The notes under the pieces were generated by a model, which did no database searches, was not told the origin of the DNA, and saw only the letters and a program-made list of their open reading frames with translations. DNA of 64,000 bases from Catajapyx aquilonaris (Eukaryota), in contig KZ538057.1 in assembly GCA_000934665.2 (NCBI GenBank), positions 62,001 to 126,000 of the forward strand, written 5' to 3'. The translations under genes were made by a program, and so were the position numbers. Below, one piece after another: positions 36,101-51,100 of this stretch; positions within the stretch are counted from its first letter, which is position 1, and each line of letters begins with the position of its first letter.

Positions 36101-39100
36101 ATGGGCCCCCAAGCCGAGTTGGAGTGCTTACAGACTTGTGAGTCTCGAAGGGCATTTAACTTTAATCGACCTTGAGAGCCCCCCCGAGTTGGCCGAGTTT
36201 GCCATTACCTTGGTTGGAATTCTGCTGTGTATTATTAATGCCAATTTGCGAGGCTTCCCTGGCTTCCGCCGAGAAATTGTGCATTGTATTTGGGGGGGGG
36301 GGGGGGGGGGNGGGGGGGGGGGGGGGCGTTTATTGCAGCAAACGCACGCCGCGGCTTGGGTTTTTCGAGAAGGAGGACGGAAATACTGCGGGCTGCATTG
36401 TTGGAGTGATTGCAACTCCAGTTCTGGCAATCCCGTTGATTGCAAGCAGTTGGTGCTCCTCCAACGCGTGTTGCGTGAAAGGACTAGTAATCTCCATGAC
36501 TCACACTGATAAGGGTACATAGATTATGAAACACCCTGTCGCATATACAGGGTGTTTCATAATCATGGTTTCGTTTCTGCAGTTTCGTCCCCACAGTTTC
36601 GTCCCCGCGCCCCCGGAATTTTCGTCTCCCAGCCGATTTTTTTTGTCGCATTTGGGGAGTATTTGGCTACATCCAGCTGCAGCAGTGTCTCGTTTTCTAC
36701 CCACCCAGTATCCCACCAAGCAGCTGAGGTTGGGGGGGCGGGGGCGGCGGGGAAAATATCGATTGGAGGTGCCCTTCGTGCCACTTTGGCGGGACTGAAA
36801 ATTTGCGGCAGGGGGCGGAATATAGGGAGGGGGATTTTGCGAGAGAGGGAGGGTTGGTTCTGGGGCTCTCCGGTTACCCCCTCCCGGAATTGGGGCGAAT
36901 CGGAACCGGGTTTACAACCTTGGGCTCAGATTGTCTACGGGGACTCGCACACGACGTAACGTATATATGGACTGGGATGGTACGGGTGGGACGTAGATGA
37001 AGGTGGATACCCAGTTACCCGGTTTTTCATGCAAATGCTGTTTGGGACGACTGGCACCTGTTTTGGGTTCATATGGAGTTGATGCTATTTGCTAAGCTGG
37101 CTGACATGAATCAGCTGATGTTGTGGCAGTGGAATGGAATCGTTCTCATGAGAAATATATGCGGATATGTTATTGTTGCGTAATGACAATTAAGAAGCTG
37201 TTGAAATTTTGGGTCGAAAATGTTCGGTTATGAACCACCGCGCCGCAATTTATTTTGGCCATCCTTATTCCGAAACTTGCACTTTTCGAAGCACTTAATT
37301 TAAAAACTTAATCTGGTTTATTTTTACTCGCCAATTGACATCAGTATTTATTATGGCCTATAGAGTTCTCGAATCAGGCTTTCTTGTGGTATGGGATATT
37401 AAGATCTATGGTATGTGAAATGAATTTTTAATGCAGTAGTATCCATGAACATTTGTCCGATTTGTGCCCATTGCTGATTAGGTGGCTTACGAAATGGGTT
37501 TGGCAAGCAAAATATTTTTATGGTTGAAAAATATTGCGTTTCGACCCGCCAGATTTGACTAACATCTCAATCTAACATTTCAGGCTTCATTTAAAGTGCA
37601 ATTCAAAAAATATCAAATGCCTACGCTTGAGAAAAAATGAACTTACAAATTTGGACGCCATATTTGATTCCAAATTTTGGATTCTTACAAACATGAGTCC
37701 TACAGTCTTAGAGCGTGTTAAAAGTGCTTTCCGTTGAATGAATCGAATTTCGGATTTGTTCTAATCTTCTTAGGGTTATGACCCTCCAATTAAGGGCGGA
37801 GGGATGCAAAATTCTTAAAAATCACTACCTGATTTTTTTTGATGGTCAACCACTTCATTTGGCCCTTCCTAATTCCTAGAGCAGTTTGTCGTGGCTGAGA
37901 ATCAGGCAGGGATGACGAACTTCCTAATTCAGATAAACAGGTACAAGCAAGTTACCGTGATAAGAAAATGTTCCTTGAGGCAATGCGGACCCAGCCACGG
38001 GTATATAACTCAGGGCAGGCAAACCTCATCGAGGGGTGCTAAAATTCCACGTCCAGGTGTATAGTATACACATGAAATAGCCAATCCGGAGGTAAAGGTG
38101 AACAGTGGAGGTTCATTAGGAAATTGCCATATTTTTACCTGGGATTCACCACAGATTCATTTAGGTCACCTGTGGCACATGCTCTCATGTGTATACAGTA
38201 TTTTCAGAGTAGGCGGAATAGCCCTGTATTAAATGGATGCGCCCAAGGCCTGTGAAGCCGGAACAGTCGCATGGAGGCGGGGGGGAAAGATCCGGGGAGA
38301 GTCCTGAGGGTGTATCCGGGACGTGGACGGAAACATTTTATGGGCACCCCCATTGAGCCATCCTTATACTGGCTAGATGTTTTGGTTTGGTTCATGTGGC
38401 GTGAAAGTCAAGTAGTGTCGTGTAAACAGTATAGTATGTTAGGGGGATAGGGACAGAGGGGGTTATATATGAGAATTGGGGAGTAGTGAGGGGGGGGGGG
38501 GTAATCGATTTTTACACGCGTGCACCGAAATGTAGGTCACAGGCTCCTTAGGGTCGTGCAATGCGCCATTCAGGTTGGGTATACGGAAGTGGGGTTTATT
38601 TACGCGTGAATAGTGGTGAAGGGCGCGTTCTTTTATGGAAAGGCGGGCTTGTGTGTGGAATCAAGAGATAAGGGTAATGGAGAGAAAAAAAATGGATGGA
38701 ATTTTTGAGGCAGATTGTACCCACTTATGGTCTGAAATCAATGTGTCTGTATACTATAGCACACAAATTGCAGTGGATGTATGCGGTCACGAATGTAAAT
38801 TTCGGCTCACTGTTCTCTGAATTGTTTCACTGGATAAATTGACTCATATTAGGAATTTATTCCAAACGTTTTGCGTTAAAAATTGCTTCGCAGTTGAAAA
38901 ACTCAAAATGTTTGACAGAAAGTATCAGAATTCCAGGAGGATGGACAAGAATATTTACATTAATAAAACACTGACTTGAAGGGGTTTTCTCAGCAATAGT
39001 CCTTTAATTCTAAATTCATTACGGGCTTGGTTCAATTGATGTGGCACACCCTGTACATGATCACTTCACGTCACGTACAAATGAAACAAGGTTGAGTAAC

Positions 39101-42100
39101 TGACGCATGCTTGCTCACGAGAGGGTTTGGATGGTAAATTTCCCTCTGGTGCGCTGAGATGTCGCATAGCGAGCTCTAGCCACTAAACAGGATTTCCTCG
39201 CATGGGTAGGCCTACTAGGCTGTAAAAGAGGCTGGCTCTCTACTAAGGCCTAGTTCACTGCGGTGGAAAGCCATTCGCAGGCTCAAGTCGGGATATTAAT
39301 GCTCCGTTTCTCGAACCGCGCTTCAAAGTTAAACCTGGCTTTGAACTACATTCAGTATTTTTCAACCGCAAGTTGACCGCCTTAAACTCAGTAAGGTTTG
39401 GTCAGGTGGTTGAAATCCCGAGATTATCCGAACTTAAGTTGTACTGAAAGTATAGAGGCGGAACTTACCAGACGAAAGAATATATTGAAAATTTGTTCGA
39501 TGAATTGGACACATTTTGCTGCATTGTTGCATGTCAATCCTGGAAACGTTTGGTATCGAATTTTCGTAGGTATACTGTACATGGCTGTGCTTTTAGGCGG
39601 AATATCGAATTTATAGAAGAAAGTTGTCTCCCCTAAGGCGAAACATTTTGTATGCTGGGCAGGATCTCATGAAGATTTACTTTTTTGCCACCTGAGAATA
39701 CACTGGGAGCGAACGGTAAATAATGTTGCGGCATTACCTCCTCTTCTCGGAATATCTGTCCGTACTGTACCAAGTATAATGCCACCTTTCTTGTGGATAA
39801 ATGCAGACCTACTTGCACTGTACATTTCTACCTTCGCGTGTACTACGTTTTAATTATTTGGGACACCACGCTGTTCCTCGGGTGTTATGCGCAAATTTGG
39901 CACAATTTGCAGTTTCGGCTAGGGATTCATATTTTATAACCTTATAGTCACCGCGTTGACGCAAAATGTGAGGTGGTTCCGTCCAAGGTAGATAAAAGTG
40001 TTCCGCAGGTATTCAAATAGACTGTGTTTGCCCAACGTGTCTTCTGCCTATCTCAGCAAGTTTAGGTTAATTACTCCTGTAATGGAGCTGTGCCTCGTGG
40101 GCCTAATCCTTGAAGGTGGGAGTCACAAGTTTCGTGCTGTACTGCGCACATTTTTTTTTTCGTAAGTTGTGCAGGTTGCACCGAAAGTCAGCTCAGATCC
40201 ATACTGATGTAAATATCGCTTATATTTATTATATAGGCGCATTTAGTGCGGTGTCGTCTTCAGAGACAGCACTACTATTATCGGAATTATCATCTGGCTG
40301 TACTGCTGAAGGGCATACGCAAAATTAATATTCATTCAAAAGCTACCAGCCTTGGTAGACAGCTCGTAATCATTTACACCGATACTGATATGACTTCAGA
40401 CACCCTGTACACAGCCTGAGGAGTTGCCTCATGGGACCTGCCACCGTTTGCGATTTGATGGCATTAATACAGTGTGTTGACGAAATATGATGACAATGTC
40501 ACCCTCTCACTTTCAGCCTGTACCGTCGTGAACAAAATGATAGCGCACGACAACAGAGTAACATGCAATAAAAGTCAACGTGCAGTGTAATGTAAGCTGA
40601 CGATACTACATCAATCGTTACGATGCAGTACACATGGTCCTGAACGTAACCTTTTCCTCGTGACAGTTAGTAGGATCTCATCAATTCACAATTGGCGTTA
40701 GAATCTATTAGGCCTATACAACTGACAGGAAATTGACGGAAATTGGCGCAGGAAGTCGCAGACACAATCGCATGATCTTCAACGTCATCCGGTGCCCAAC
40801 CGCTTTGAGAAGCGGATAAGAGCTTGAATTAACCATCAGACAAAAGCTAGACTGTGCTGGAGAAATCATCTCTAAATGTGCGAAATTTTATGACAATTCG
40901 AGAATCACTTGGTGGAGAAATATCAAAACGCTGACCTGCTACACGAAATTGCCTTGATTTGTACCCAATAATGTGCAAGTTTGAGGCGTGTCGATATCAA
41001 AAGTGGCCAAATCAGAATTTCTGCACTAGTAGACGCTTTATTGGTTGTTTCCTGCCACGTGCTGCTAATGACCATCAAGGAATTTAAGTCTTGCCAGGAA
41101 AGAACCTTGTTTATTTGTTCTGGGCGGCACCGTTTGATTTTTTAAAAAAAGGGCGCTCTAAAAAAAAGAGAGAGAGACCAAGTTATGCCAATTGAACAAA
41201 GGCAGTAGACATTTGAAGCCATTAGTTCGTGTTTGTGGTGGTGTGACCGGAACCACCCTCGATTGATCCACACACATCGTTTACCCGACTCCGGATTCAC
41301 CCGAGCCTGATTTTCTGCCCAGATACGACCCCTGTAAACCGTGGCTTAGCTTTTCTTGCCCCAATCCGTGACCGGGGATCCAAATTAGCCTTATCCTCTT
41401 AAAAAAAGGGGGGGTTCCTATCCTTTAAAAAAAACCGGGGGGGCAGTACTGGAACTACCCGACATCCAAATCGAATTTCTTTTAATTGAATGCAGGCACC
41501 TTGCTACCCACTCCGGCCAACTTTTAAAGCAAATCGGGGTGCGATAGCGAAAGTGGTTGAATGAGGAAGTGGTTGGAGGGAGATATGTCTGGGTTGAAGT
41601 CTAAGGGATGGGGCATGGACCCCTCACATTCCGAAAGGGAGGGGGGATGTACCCAGCAAGGTGATCAATAGCAGCGCCAGTGAAGCTGAGCCACTGGAAT
41701 AATTTCTACAACCACCTCCTATACCCCTCAAATCCGGTTGTATCAACCACGCAAATGGTTTTTATTATGTAATGTCGGTGCAATTGCTGCATATGTACGC
41801 ACCAGGTAATTTTCAACCGGTACAGCCTTCACTGTGCAGGGGCTGATGGTGCTAATGTGTGTTTTTTTTTTGGGGGGGGGGGGGGGGNGGTGGGGGGGGG
41901 GGGTATTCTGTTAACCAAGCCGTAGTGTGACGGTGAAGTGTCCATGAAAAATGGTTTGCCTTCCATTTTCGCGCGTCAGCTTCTGCGTCAGACATTTCAA
42001 TCACCTGTTGAGGGGAAAGGAGTGTACGAATAATTGACCAGATGTATCCACCTGTTCAGCGGTCGACAAGTGAAGAAGCGCTTATGTAAAAAAAAAAAAA

Positions 42101-45100
42101 TTCAGTTTTTTTTTATGGAGATGAGTTGTTTTTTTATGATGGACGGGGTGTACAGCTCGAGTTCCTTTCATGTGACAGAGCGCTATGTTTATGCCCTATC
42201 AATACCCGAGGCGAAAATCTCGCGAGACCTGTATAGCTCAATTTTTTATTGAGCTCTCCAGTAATTTTTGGGAGTGCAGGTAGCTTTTGAAACTTTACAG
42301 GTGCCGTTACTTTAAATTGACGATCAGTAGAGCGTAAGCACGTTGTAATATGTTCTGCTATACAGTATTAGCAATGCAGTTATTATTTTTATTTCAGCAG
42401 ACCGTCGTGGTGTAATTCATTTAAAAAAAAGTATTCCGGCTAACGCCATTGTTGCAATTACTATAACAAGTGACGTCATTAATAACTTAAAATTGGAGCA
42501 GATGATAAAATAACTGCCGTTGTCATTGAGTCGATGGTCATATGTTACTTTTCTAACTTGCTATCATAATGTGTACATTAATATGGACTAATTACCAGGC
42601 CTCGTGTAAATAAAGTGTAAAGCTTCCTGGCTGGGTGAGAAGCGCGGCGAAAGGATACCAGTAGGGGGGGGGGGGGGGGGGNGGAGAAGCTCATTTGGGG
42701 TAATTTTTCTTCGGTAGCACGTCTATCGCAAAAGAGATAACGGCTTTTAGAACGAGGACCGTGTTATAATGTCTGCCTTGGGTTTCCATTAACATGTTCT
42801 CTTCAGTCTAGCTTTATAAACTGTGTGAGCCAAGGTCAAAGATAGGCCAAGTTTGTAAGTGATATGCGGCGCCGGAAATTGTTATATTTAATGCACGACT
42901 ATAAATTGAGTAATTAAAGGATATACTATTTGAAATATTTGTATTATTCGCAAGTATTCAAATTGAAACGAAATCACATCGTCTTGTTCGGAGAACATCA
43001 TATTTACGGCTGTAAAATATTTTATTTGACAGAAAACACCCGGTTAATTGACACTGTATTTTGCTGAAATTGGGACCGTCTGCTATTAACTCATTATGGA
43101 ATTCCACGTGCGCACTACTTTGCAAACATTATACGCTTGATGGAGTGTGTAATAACATAACATTAGGCCTCATTTACTCACACTGCAGCTTGTGAAATCA
43201 ATATAAAAATATCGATAAAATTATCGTGTTGGATCTTTTTTTGGCAGGTGTCCCATCCATTTATTGTGACTTGATTGTTCAATAATGTCACTTGTCCAGT
43301 GAATATCTTTAAATGATTAGGTCTGTATTAAAATGTTAATGCTATACTATTTATTTATTTTCGTACCCCATTTTGGGGGCCTGCGGGTATTAATGCTATA
43401 CTACAACTTGTACTATAACTCATGCGATTAGCTCATCTCGCAAACGATAGTGGTGTATTTCAAACTACATAGTATAGTGGCCCCCTGCTCCCTGTAGTAA
43501 GCACCGCTGCCAATATTCATTGGCTAATTCCGGACATTACTTATAGATGGGTGAATAGAGGGAAGGTGGAATGAAGGCTTGCATGACGGAGTGCCAGATA
43601 TTAACCCGGAAGCGTGAATGTATGCCTGGGCTGTAATGAAGGAAAGGTAAAATGCTGGCTCCGGTTAAAAATTGTATGCCTAACTACCTATAATATAATC
43701 TTCTATATAAATAAAGCCGTTTGTGAGTCTGTCTGTCTGTCCGCCTGCCAACCGTCATTTGCCTGCCATCTGTGCTCCACCCCCAGGAGCCGGGAGAGGA
43801 TGGAGGTGTTGGGGGTTGACACAGATGGCAGGCAAATGATGGTTGCCGTTATACAGGCGGGAGAGGTTGAAGGTGGCGGAGTAGCAGGACCACAGATGGC
43901 ATTGATGGGCGGACAGACAGTTGACGGGGGTACTGTCAGGTGTTTTCCCTTCATTCATTTCTTCCCGGGAAACGCCGGGTGCCGCAGCTAGTGCCAAATA
44001 TGACAAAAACCACAATCACAACATATATACTAACATCACCAAATATGCGCACACACAATCCCGATTATCCGAGGAATTTGCTAACATTTGACCCTTGCAA
44101 TTTGCATTGTAACATGCCAAAATAAGCAGTATAATTCGGGTCGAACGTAGAGGACACGAGTAGACGAAAAAAAAAAAAACCAACCATCGACTGTTCCGGC
44201 GGACAAATGAGCACGGCGTTGCGAAACAGGAAGCCTTTTGATGCAACGTTCTGCTGGTGATATGTCCCGATATCCGATCCAGTTGTATCACACCGGCTGT
44301 CATGTAAATTTGCGCATCGAGCCACTTTCTGATAGGACAGGGGGGGAGGAAAAAAAAAAAAATCTGGACTTGGCGACACCAATGCTATCGCCCAAGCTAC
44401 AAGGGAACAGACTTATCGAATTTCGGTGTCACTCGAGACGTGAAAAGTGGTCGGATACAAAATAATGGAGGGGTTGGGCAGATGTGAGAGAGCTCAGAAT
44501 CTCACGCGAGGTGATGGAGAGAGAGAGAAAAAAAAGAGTGCGGTATGGTAATTTTAACCGGGGGATTTTCATGTTTGTAAATTAGGACTGAAACTGCATT
44601 TCTGCGCGTCTGTAGGATCATAAAGGGGCTTAATTATTACTGTATTAATCAGTAATTTGCAGGGATTTTGGTGAGTTTTTGGCCACCCCCTCACCCGCCG
44701 AACAAGGAATCAGAAAATTGGAGACGACATGTGACCAAAAGTCTAGATACGCCACTGAGTATAGGTCGATGTGGCAACGACGCGGCGCGGATGTGAATGA
44801 AGTATCTCCCCCCTCCTCCTTTTCCCTCACTACCCACCCTTCCCCCCCTCTCAACAATTTCAGGAATGTCTGGGGGCATAAAAGGTAAAGGGAGGGGTCA
44901 AAGGACATGATCAACAGGTCACACGAAGTCAGTTTGTCAGCGCCGCCGGTCACGATACGATGCTGGAATGGTATAGCTTCTATAGCGCAAGAGTCACCTC
45001 CGGGAGTTGTATCTGCATGCATTATCCGGTACAGGGTGTTGCATAATGTCCCAATATTTTTCAATTAGTCACAAATTTTGTATTAGCAATTTCAAAGCGG

Positions 45101-48100
45101 GCAGTGTGCGCAATTTTTGGTACACCCAGTATATTTCAATGCAGTTCATCAGGAAAGTGTTTAGCGGTAGAACTTTTTGGCTATTCATAAAGGTGTTCCA
45201 TGCTGTTTTTAATTTGCGAAGAAATGATTACCGGACCGACATACTTTAATCACGTAATACAAATTTTAATATTTTTGAACACGATGCTAATTTTTGCCTC
45301 CAGTTTCCGTTTTACCTCCCAGCTATATACCAAAGATCGATCTCCCTGACCCCAACCAACTTTCGTTTTTTTTTCTTCTTTTTTAAAAATTTTCCCACTG
45401 GCACCCCCGGAAACACTCGCACGCACCCGTTTTCCCCAGCACCTCTGCTGAATAGGACACGGAATTGCAACGCCGCCCGGAGTCCCCGGATCAATACGGG
45501 AGCGCCCTCCGCACTTCGAGGTTGCCACGATCTCACCCCCCATTGGAAAAGACCAAGATTTTTTTTTTATATAAAATATATATTTGTAAAAAAAAATATT
45601 TTATTAACAAATTTGGGGGGGATAAAAATGGACGTTTTTTCCCCCGGAAATGGGCTGGGAAAAGACACGGGATTGGACTTGTGAGATGTCCCGTGGGGTT
45701 GGGCGGGTTTATTACCCGGAAGATATTTTGGTCCGTTCGTGACTGCACAAAGTGGGGTGTAAGTTGTAGGAGGTGGCGACAGTGGGGGTGGAGGAAAAGG
45801 ATTTTAAATTATTGCTGGTTTCAGATTTTTTTTTTTTTGGGGGGGGGGGGGCTAATTGCGATGATGAAACATGTTTCATTGCGGGATTTCTGCTTGAATG
45901 GGTTGAATTCAATCTAGTTGACTAAAAATAAACCGGGTCTGGACTATAGGGGTTGTTGCACCTATTTTGTGCGTGGGAGGTTTTTAATGCTTTGGCTCCG
46001 TATATGAACTTGATGTGCTTTTTCTCGTGGCGTATTATTTTTCTGGGGGGAAAAAATGAGAGCTACATAATGGATATTTTAGCATATGACCTACTTTTGT
46101 GTAGTGTATAGGGAGGCTTGCTAATGGACCAGCCGGAGTGTGATCAGTATAGGAAAACAGTTTGATTTTATGAGCGGATTCTATAGTACGTAAACAGTGT
46201 TAATGAGCTGAATTTTGGACATAATTATAATTTTTTTACGCAGTGTTTGGCCACGTGCAACTTAATTTTACTTGCCTCATTGTACCTGTCAGATTGGGGG
46301 GGGGGGGGGGGTAGACTTGAAAAGCACCCAAAGCNGCACCCATAGCCTGCATCCTCCAGGGGCTCTTTTCTGACACATCAGGTCGAGAGGCGAGAAAGGA
46401 GGGCTCCTCCTTCGATTATTTTGGGCCGGAATCCACAGCAGATGGCACTATGCAAGGAGACAGGATTGGAAATAGGAGGCCTTGCCTCCTTCATATCTCC
46501 TTCCTCCTCTTCTCTTTTCTCCGGCCGTGCTTTGCCGGGTTTGCCCAATTAGCCACTCAAGGGCCCTCCTGGTGACCGTATAGTGTGGGTTCATTGCTGG
46601 GATGAAGCCGTCATTAGACCAAAAGGATTTTCTAGTGGGAAAGAATCTTATCCTGGATTGTAGGCAACCGACACCTGTGATCACCGGGTGGGGTAACTTG
46701 CAGGGGTAAAGATACATGGCTATACAGATGACTCACCGCGGACAGAGCCACATATCCAAATAATATGGAGATATACACACCTTTTGGATATATCATACAT
46801 GTGTCTCTGAGGAAGCAGGATACAATAGATGTGAAAGAATCGTTCCAATGCGCGGTGTGCAGCCATGAAAGCGGGTGGTGAAGCGGAGAAGCCGAAAATG
46901 ACACTTTTCAAGAAAGGGGGAATGAATATTCAGAGGCATTATGAGAACAATGGAGCCTGTACAAAGTTTATAGGGAGTGGGCTAAGGAGATTTTGGAGGA
47001 AACTTTGTGCGTCTTAATTCTTCCCTTTTTGTGGGTAGGGGAGATGTAGTAGGACTGAGGTTTTCTTAATTTTCGATGGAGGTTTACTTTGGTGTGTGTC
47101 GCTCCACTTGTAAAACATTGCCATGTTCTGAGGTTGATCACTTGCAATTATTACATAGGGTGGGAATGAATGGGTTGGCCCAGATTGCTCCATGGCCATA
47201 ACGTTAAGGGAAAATGGAGCGTAAGTGAGAACAGTGAGATAATGTATGGGTGGCACTGCAGTCATGCGGTGGTGTTGTGGCCAAACTGATGGAGGTGATT
47301 CATGCAATAAGGTTCACTGCAATGGTGGTTAATGTCTTTGCTCCAAATATGCTTGCAAAATATACTGCTGTATACGTCATAAACTTTGGCTGAGGAAACC
47401 TTGTGGTTGGCTGGCCCATGGGTATCAATCTAAAAATTGATACCATATTGTGTACCAGCATTGGTGAATTATTTTTCTACTTTCTTTGTACAGTGTTGGA
47501 CGTTAATCAAGGCATAGTGTTAGCAACATTTTCTGAAGCAGCAGAAGAAGGAATCTTGCTCACCTGGCTTGCAGTATCCTTATCTTCGATTCCTTCTTCT
47601 GCCGCTTTGGAAAATGTCGCTAGCAGTATGCCTCGATTAATGTCCAACACTGTACCAACACACAACTGTTTCGTTTTATTACACAACAAATATGGGTTGG
47701 GGTGGTGCTCCTTGGAGCAGCTACATCACCTTCATTTCAGTGAGCTTGTAGGACTGAAACATGAAACGTCTCCACCAATCAAACCATAATCAGCTGTCAC
47801 ATTGTGTCAAAGTGCTTTATTCCTGGAGTGGCTGTGAATTGGGCTTTTTTCCCCGCTAGTTCTCAGGTGCATCCTGCAATTTTGTAGTGTTGCTCGGGGA
47901 ATATGAGGTTGGCAGCACCGAAAAAGAAATTGAGTTGTCTACCCCTCCCTACCCCCCGCCCTTTTTTTCTCTGCGGTTATTGCTTTGAGAGTGGTACTTG
48001 ATGCTGCTGAATGGAGCTTTATGGGCTTTTTATTGTTCAATTGTTTTTATTTAATCTCTCCAAAAGAGATTTACCAAGAAGTTACTTTTATGCCTACAAA

Positions 48101-51100
48101 AATATTCAAATTGGTGTAACAAAAAGAACCATTATGCACTAGAAAAGTCAAGAATCTCATATTCAGTGGGAAGTACTGCTCTGTTGTGTCAATGGGAATC
48201 TTGTACAGTTCAATGGTTGCATAAACCTGAACAACTACTGAGTCAGTTATGGCATAATGCTGACATAAATTAATCATAGTCATAGCATTTTGTTACGTTC
48301 TGTGCTCAGAGAAGAATTCCAGTGATAAGCATGTAGCGTAAGTAAATTGTGTTGTTGAAATAAAATAATTGACCCATGCCTTAACATTTCAGAGGGCGTA
48401 TCGCCTGTGGTCGTGTGCTGTGCTGGTGCCGTTCATATACGAAGGAGTTCGTCTCCGCCCCTGCAGAGAGTTCTGCCAGAAGGTGGAAAGGCGCTGTCCT
48501 TACTTCCTCCCTGTCAATAAGCAACCAGGTCACCTTAGCCAGTATGCTGGGGAGCCCACCTTCCTCTGCCGGGGTGAGAGGCACCACCTGTTGTGGTCTG
48601 CTTTTTTAAAAATCCTTATTTTATTTACCATCTGTAAGAAATGACAACGAGTGTAAAAGTACATCGTACTATTTTGGACCTCTTTCTACTTCCTGTCAGC
48701 TCCACCTAAAAAATTTCTGTCTCCTTTGAAAATCGAATTTTCACTGCACCTGTTGCAAACTTTTTAGATACCTTCATTTTATTCGGATTTTGAGCCTGAC
48801 TTTTTGCACCAGCCCAACCCTATGTCATCGGCCATCATGGTGCCATCAAACTCCCTACTACGAGGGTGATGTACTACTTTATGGATGACCCCTAACGCAC
48901 TAGTGCAGTTCATTGTATCAGGCACGTGTCCAGCTAATATGTTTGCAATGTGCAATATATCGACTGATATGAATGTGGCATTGTTTCTGTTTGATGCAGT
49001 ATGAAACATTGTAACCACATTTTAACTAGCATAGAAGCAGGACTTGAAATCAGGTCCATCATAATGATTGTGATGGATAGTATAGAATGATGACAATACA
49101 CGAAATGTAAATGCATTTAAAAAAACTGTGGCATGAAGGGATTTGAAAGGATTAAAAAGACTTCTGAAACTTGGGTGAAAACTATGGTGGAAGTCGTTAC
49201 TTTTTATTTCCTTGACAGGTTCATCATTACCACAGTCCAATCTGCACTCAATCTAGGGCCACTGGATGGCATTTTTCACCCAGTTTCTGGGCCATAGTGT
49301 TACGCTGATGCCCTAATTTGAAGGAACACTGTTACTGCATGCCAGTAGACACATCAGCAGCTGCCATCACAATGCGAATGACACTCCCCTTGTTCACGCA
49401 ACTGATTATAGTAATGCAATATGCATGTGAAGGGCTGCCCGCCTGGCACTGAAATGAACTCATGGATGGCCGGTCGCAACAAATTGTCTTTTTAAAACCT
49501 CACTATAGATTCAAATGTTAGTATTGTACACTGTTTCAGGTTGGTAGCTCTATATATGGGGGGAAAAGGAACAAATGAATATTTATTGTACACTGCTACA
49601 TTGTTGCAGACATAGTTTGAGTGTGATAACTTCTGTGCCACAAAAAGTTTGCCTGACTAAAATATTCTGAAGTTCACTTGCAGTCATTTTTGTAATGAAC
49701 ATGCTAGGATTCTCAAAATTTCTTTTATTGACAATAAGATAATCATGTAATAATAAGCAATAAGTATGTAATAATAATTATTATTGCTCTGTACCTATAA
49801 CACATGGGCATTTGGCAGTAAGGATGAGGTGGCTGGGATGGCAGGTGCAGTGGCAGGGTGCTGCTCTGGCCTTTCATCCCAGTCAGGCAGTCTATATCAG
49901 AAATCCCACCCGGAACAAAGCCAAAGAGACCTCCAATTCCACACTAGTGAGAAAGGAATGCCTGGGCTTGAGATTAAACCTGGGTCCTTTCTCTCGCGGC
50001 CCAAGCTTTACCATTGCACCATATTGCCGTTAAGCCTCTATTAATAATGCATCAATGATAAGAGAAATGTTCAAGCTTGTGTTAAGCCATTTATATGCTT
50101 GTAATTATATACAGATGCATAAATAGCTTGTGACTCTCACTTAGGAAATCTTGATGAAGGTCAGTTCTTGCTGATTCATTTCTGCCTGTAATAGTTGCTT
50201 TAGCTTCATCCCCTCAAAAAAACTCCTCCAAAATATGTGTCACAGGTTGTAATACATTTTTGAGATAACGTAGACACTAGCTTTTTAAAGTGTTATTCCG
50301 TACAAAAATGGACATATCCACACAGTGGCACATGTGTCTGTCTACATCTGCACATAAACACCTTGTCAATTCAAGCATTTTAGCACTATGGCCCTATAAC
50401 TTGTAAGCCAATGATGAGCATTTGTTCTGCCATTTCTTAGGTTTTCTTGTGGCAGAAATGATCTGGAGTGGGCAAAAGAAGTGAAGTGATTTGGTCTGGG
50501 TTATGGTCGGAGCATCTGACAGTGAGCGATCAAAGTTTCAAAACATGAACTGTTTGACTCTTTGAGTGATGCCTGCATATCAACTGTCATGAGCAGTGAG
50601 TCACGAGTCACTCTCCAACAATTTAAGAGGAACATCTCGGAGCATTTTCCAAACATGCCGGACCATGGTCCAGACCTTTAATCAAGTGACCTTTGCCTGT
50701 TCCACAATCGTCATAATATATTTGGCAGGTGACCATGATGTGAAAGAATATGATGGTGGTGGGAGTACTTGACAGTCTGACAAAGTCTGACTTCATGGTT
50801 TGATCAACATTTTGATTGACACGGCTTTGTGTGAAATTATGTTGAAACCTGTTGCAGCCAAATGTTACATACTTTTGCAATGTGGCAATATATGGGGTGA
50901 TGTGATTTTCTCTAGAATATCCTCCTTGAGGGGTATAACCTATTGGCTTGTTACTTGAATCTAATATCACGACGTGTGCAGGTGTGACTATTTAAGCTGC
51001 TCTAGAACAGTTGATAAATATTTCACTTATGGGGTTTAATAATAATTTATTCCCTGGGTTTTACCCCTTTGGGGAGTCTTACACATCATTGGGCGAGATG

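Noticed and set aside
36291..46320. Long G homopolymers (~36300, 38490, 41880, 42670, 46300) as G-quadruplex elements
   Set aside because: Several contain or sit near N bases, so their lengths are unreliable and function cannot be argued from sequence alone.
23000..47400. Numerous 60-170-aa ORFs in NALF intron 1 as nested genes
   Set aside because: No recognisable domains or consistent exon chains; they are compatible with chance ORFs and decayed repeats.
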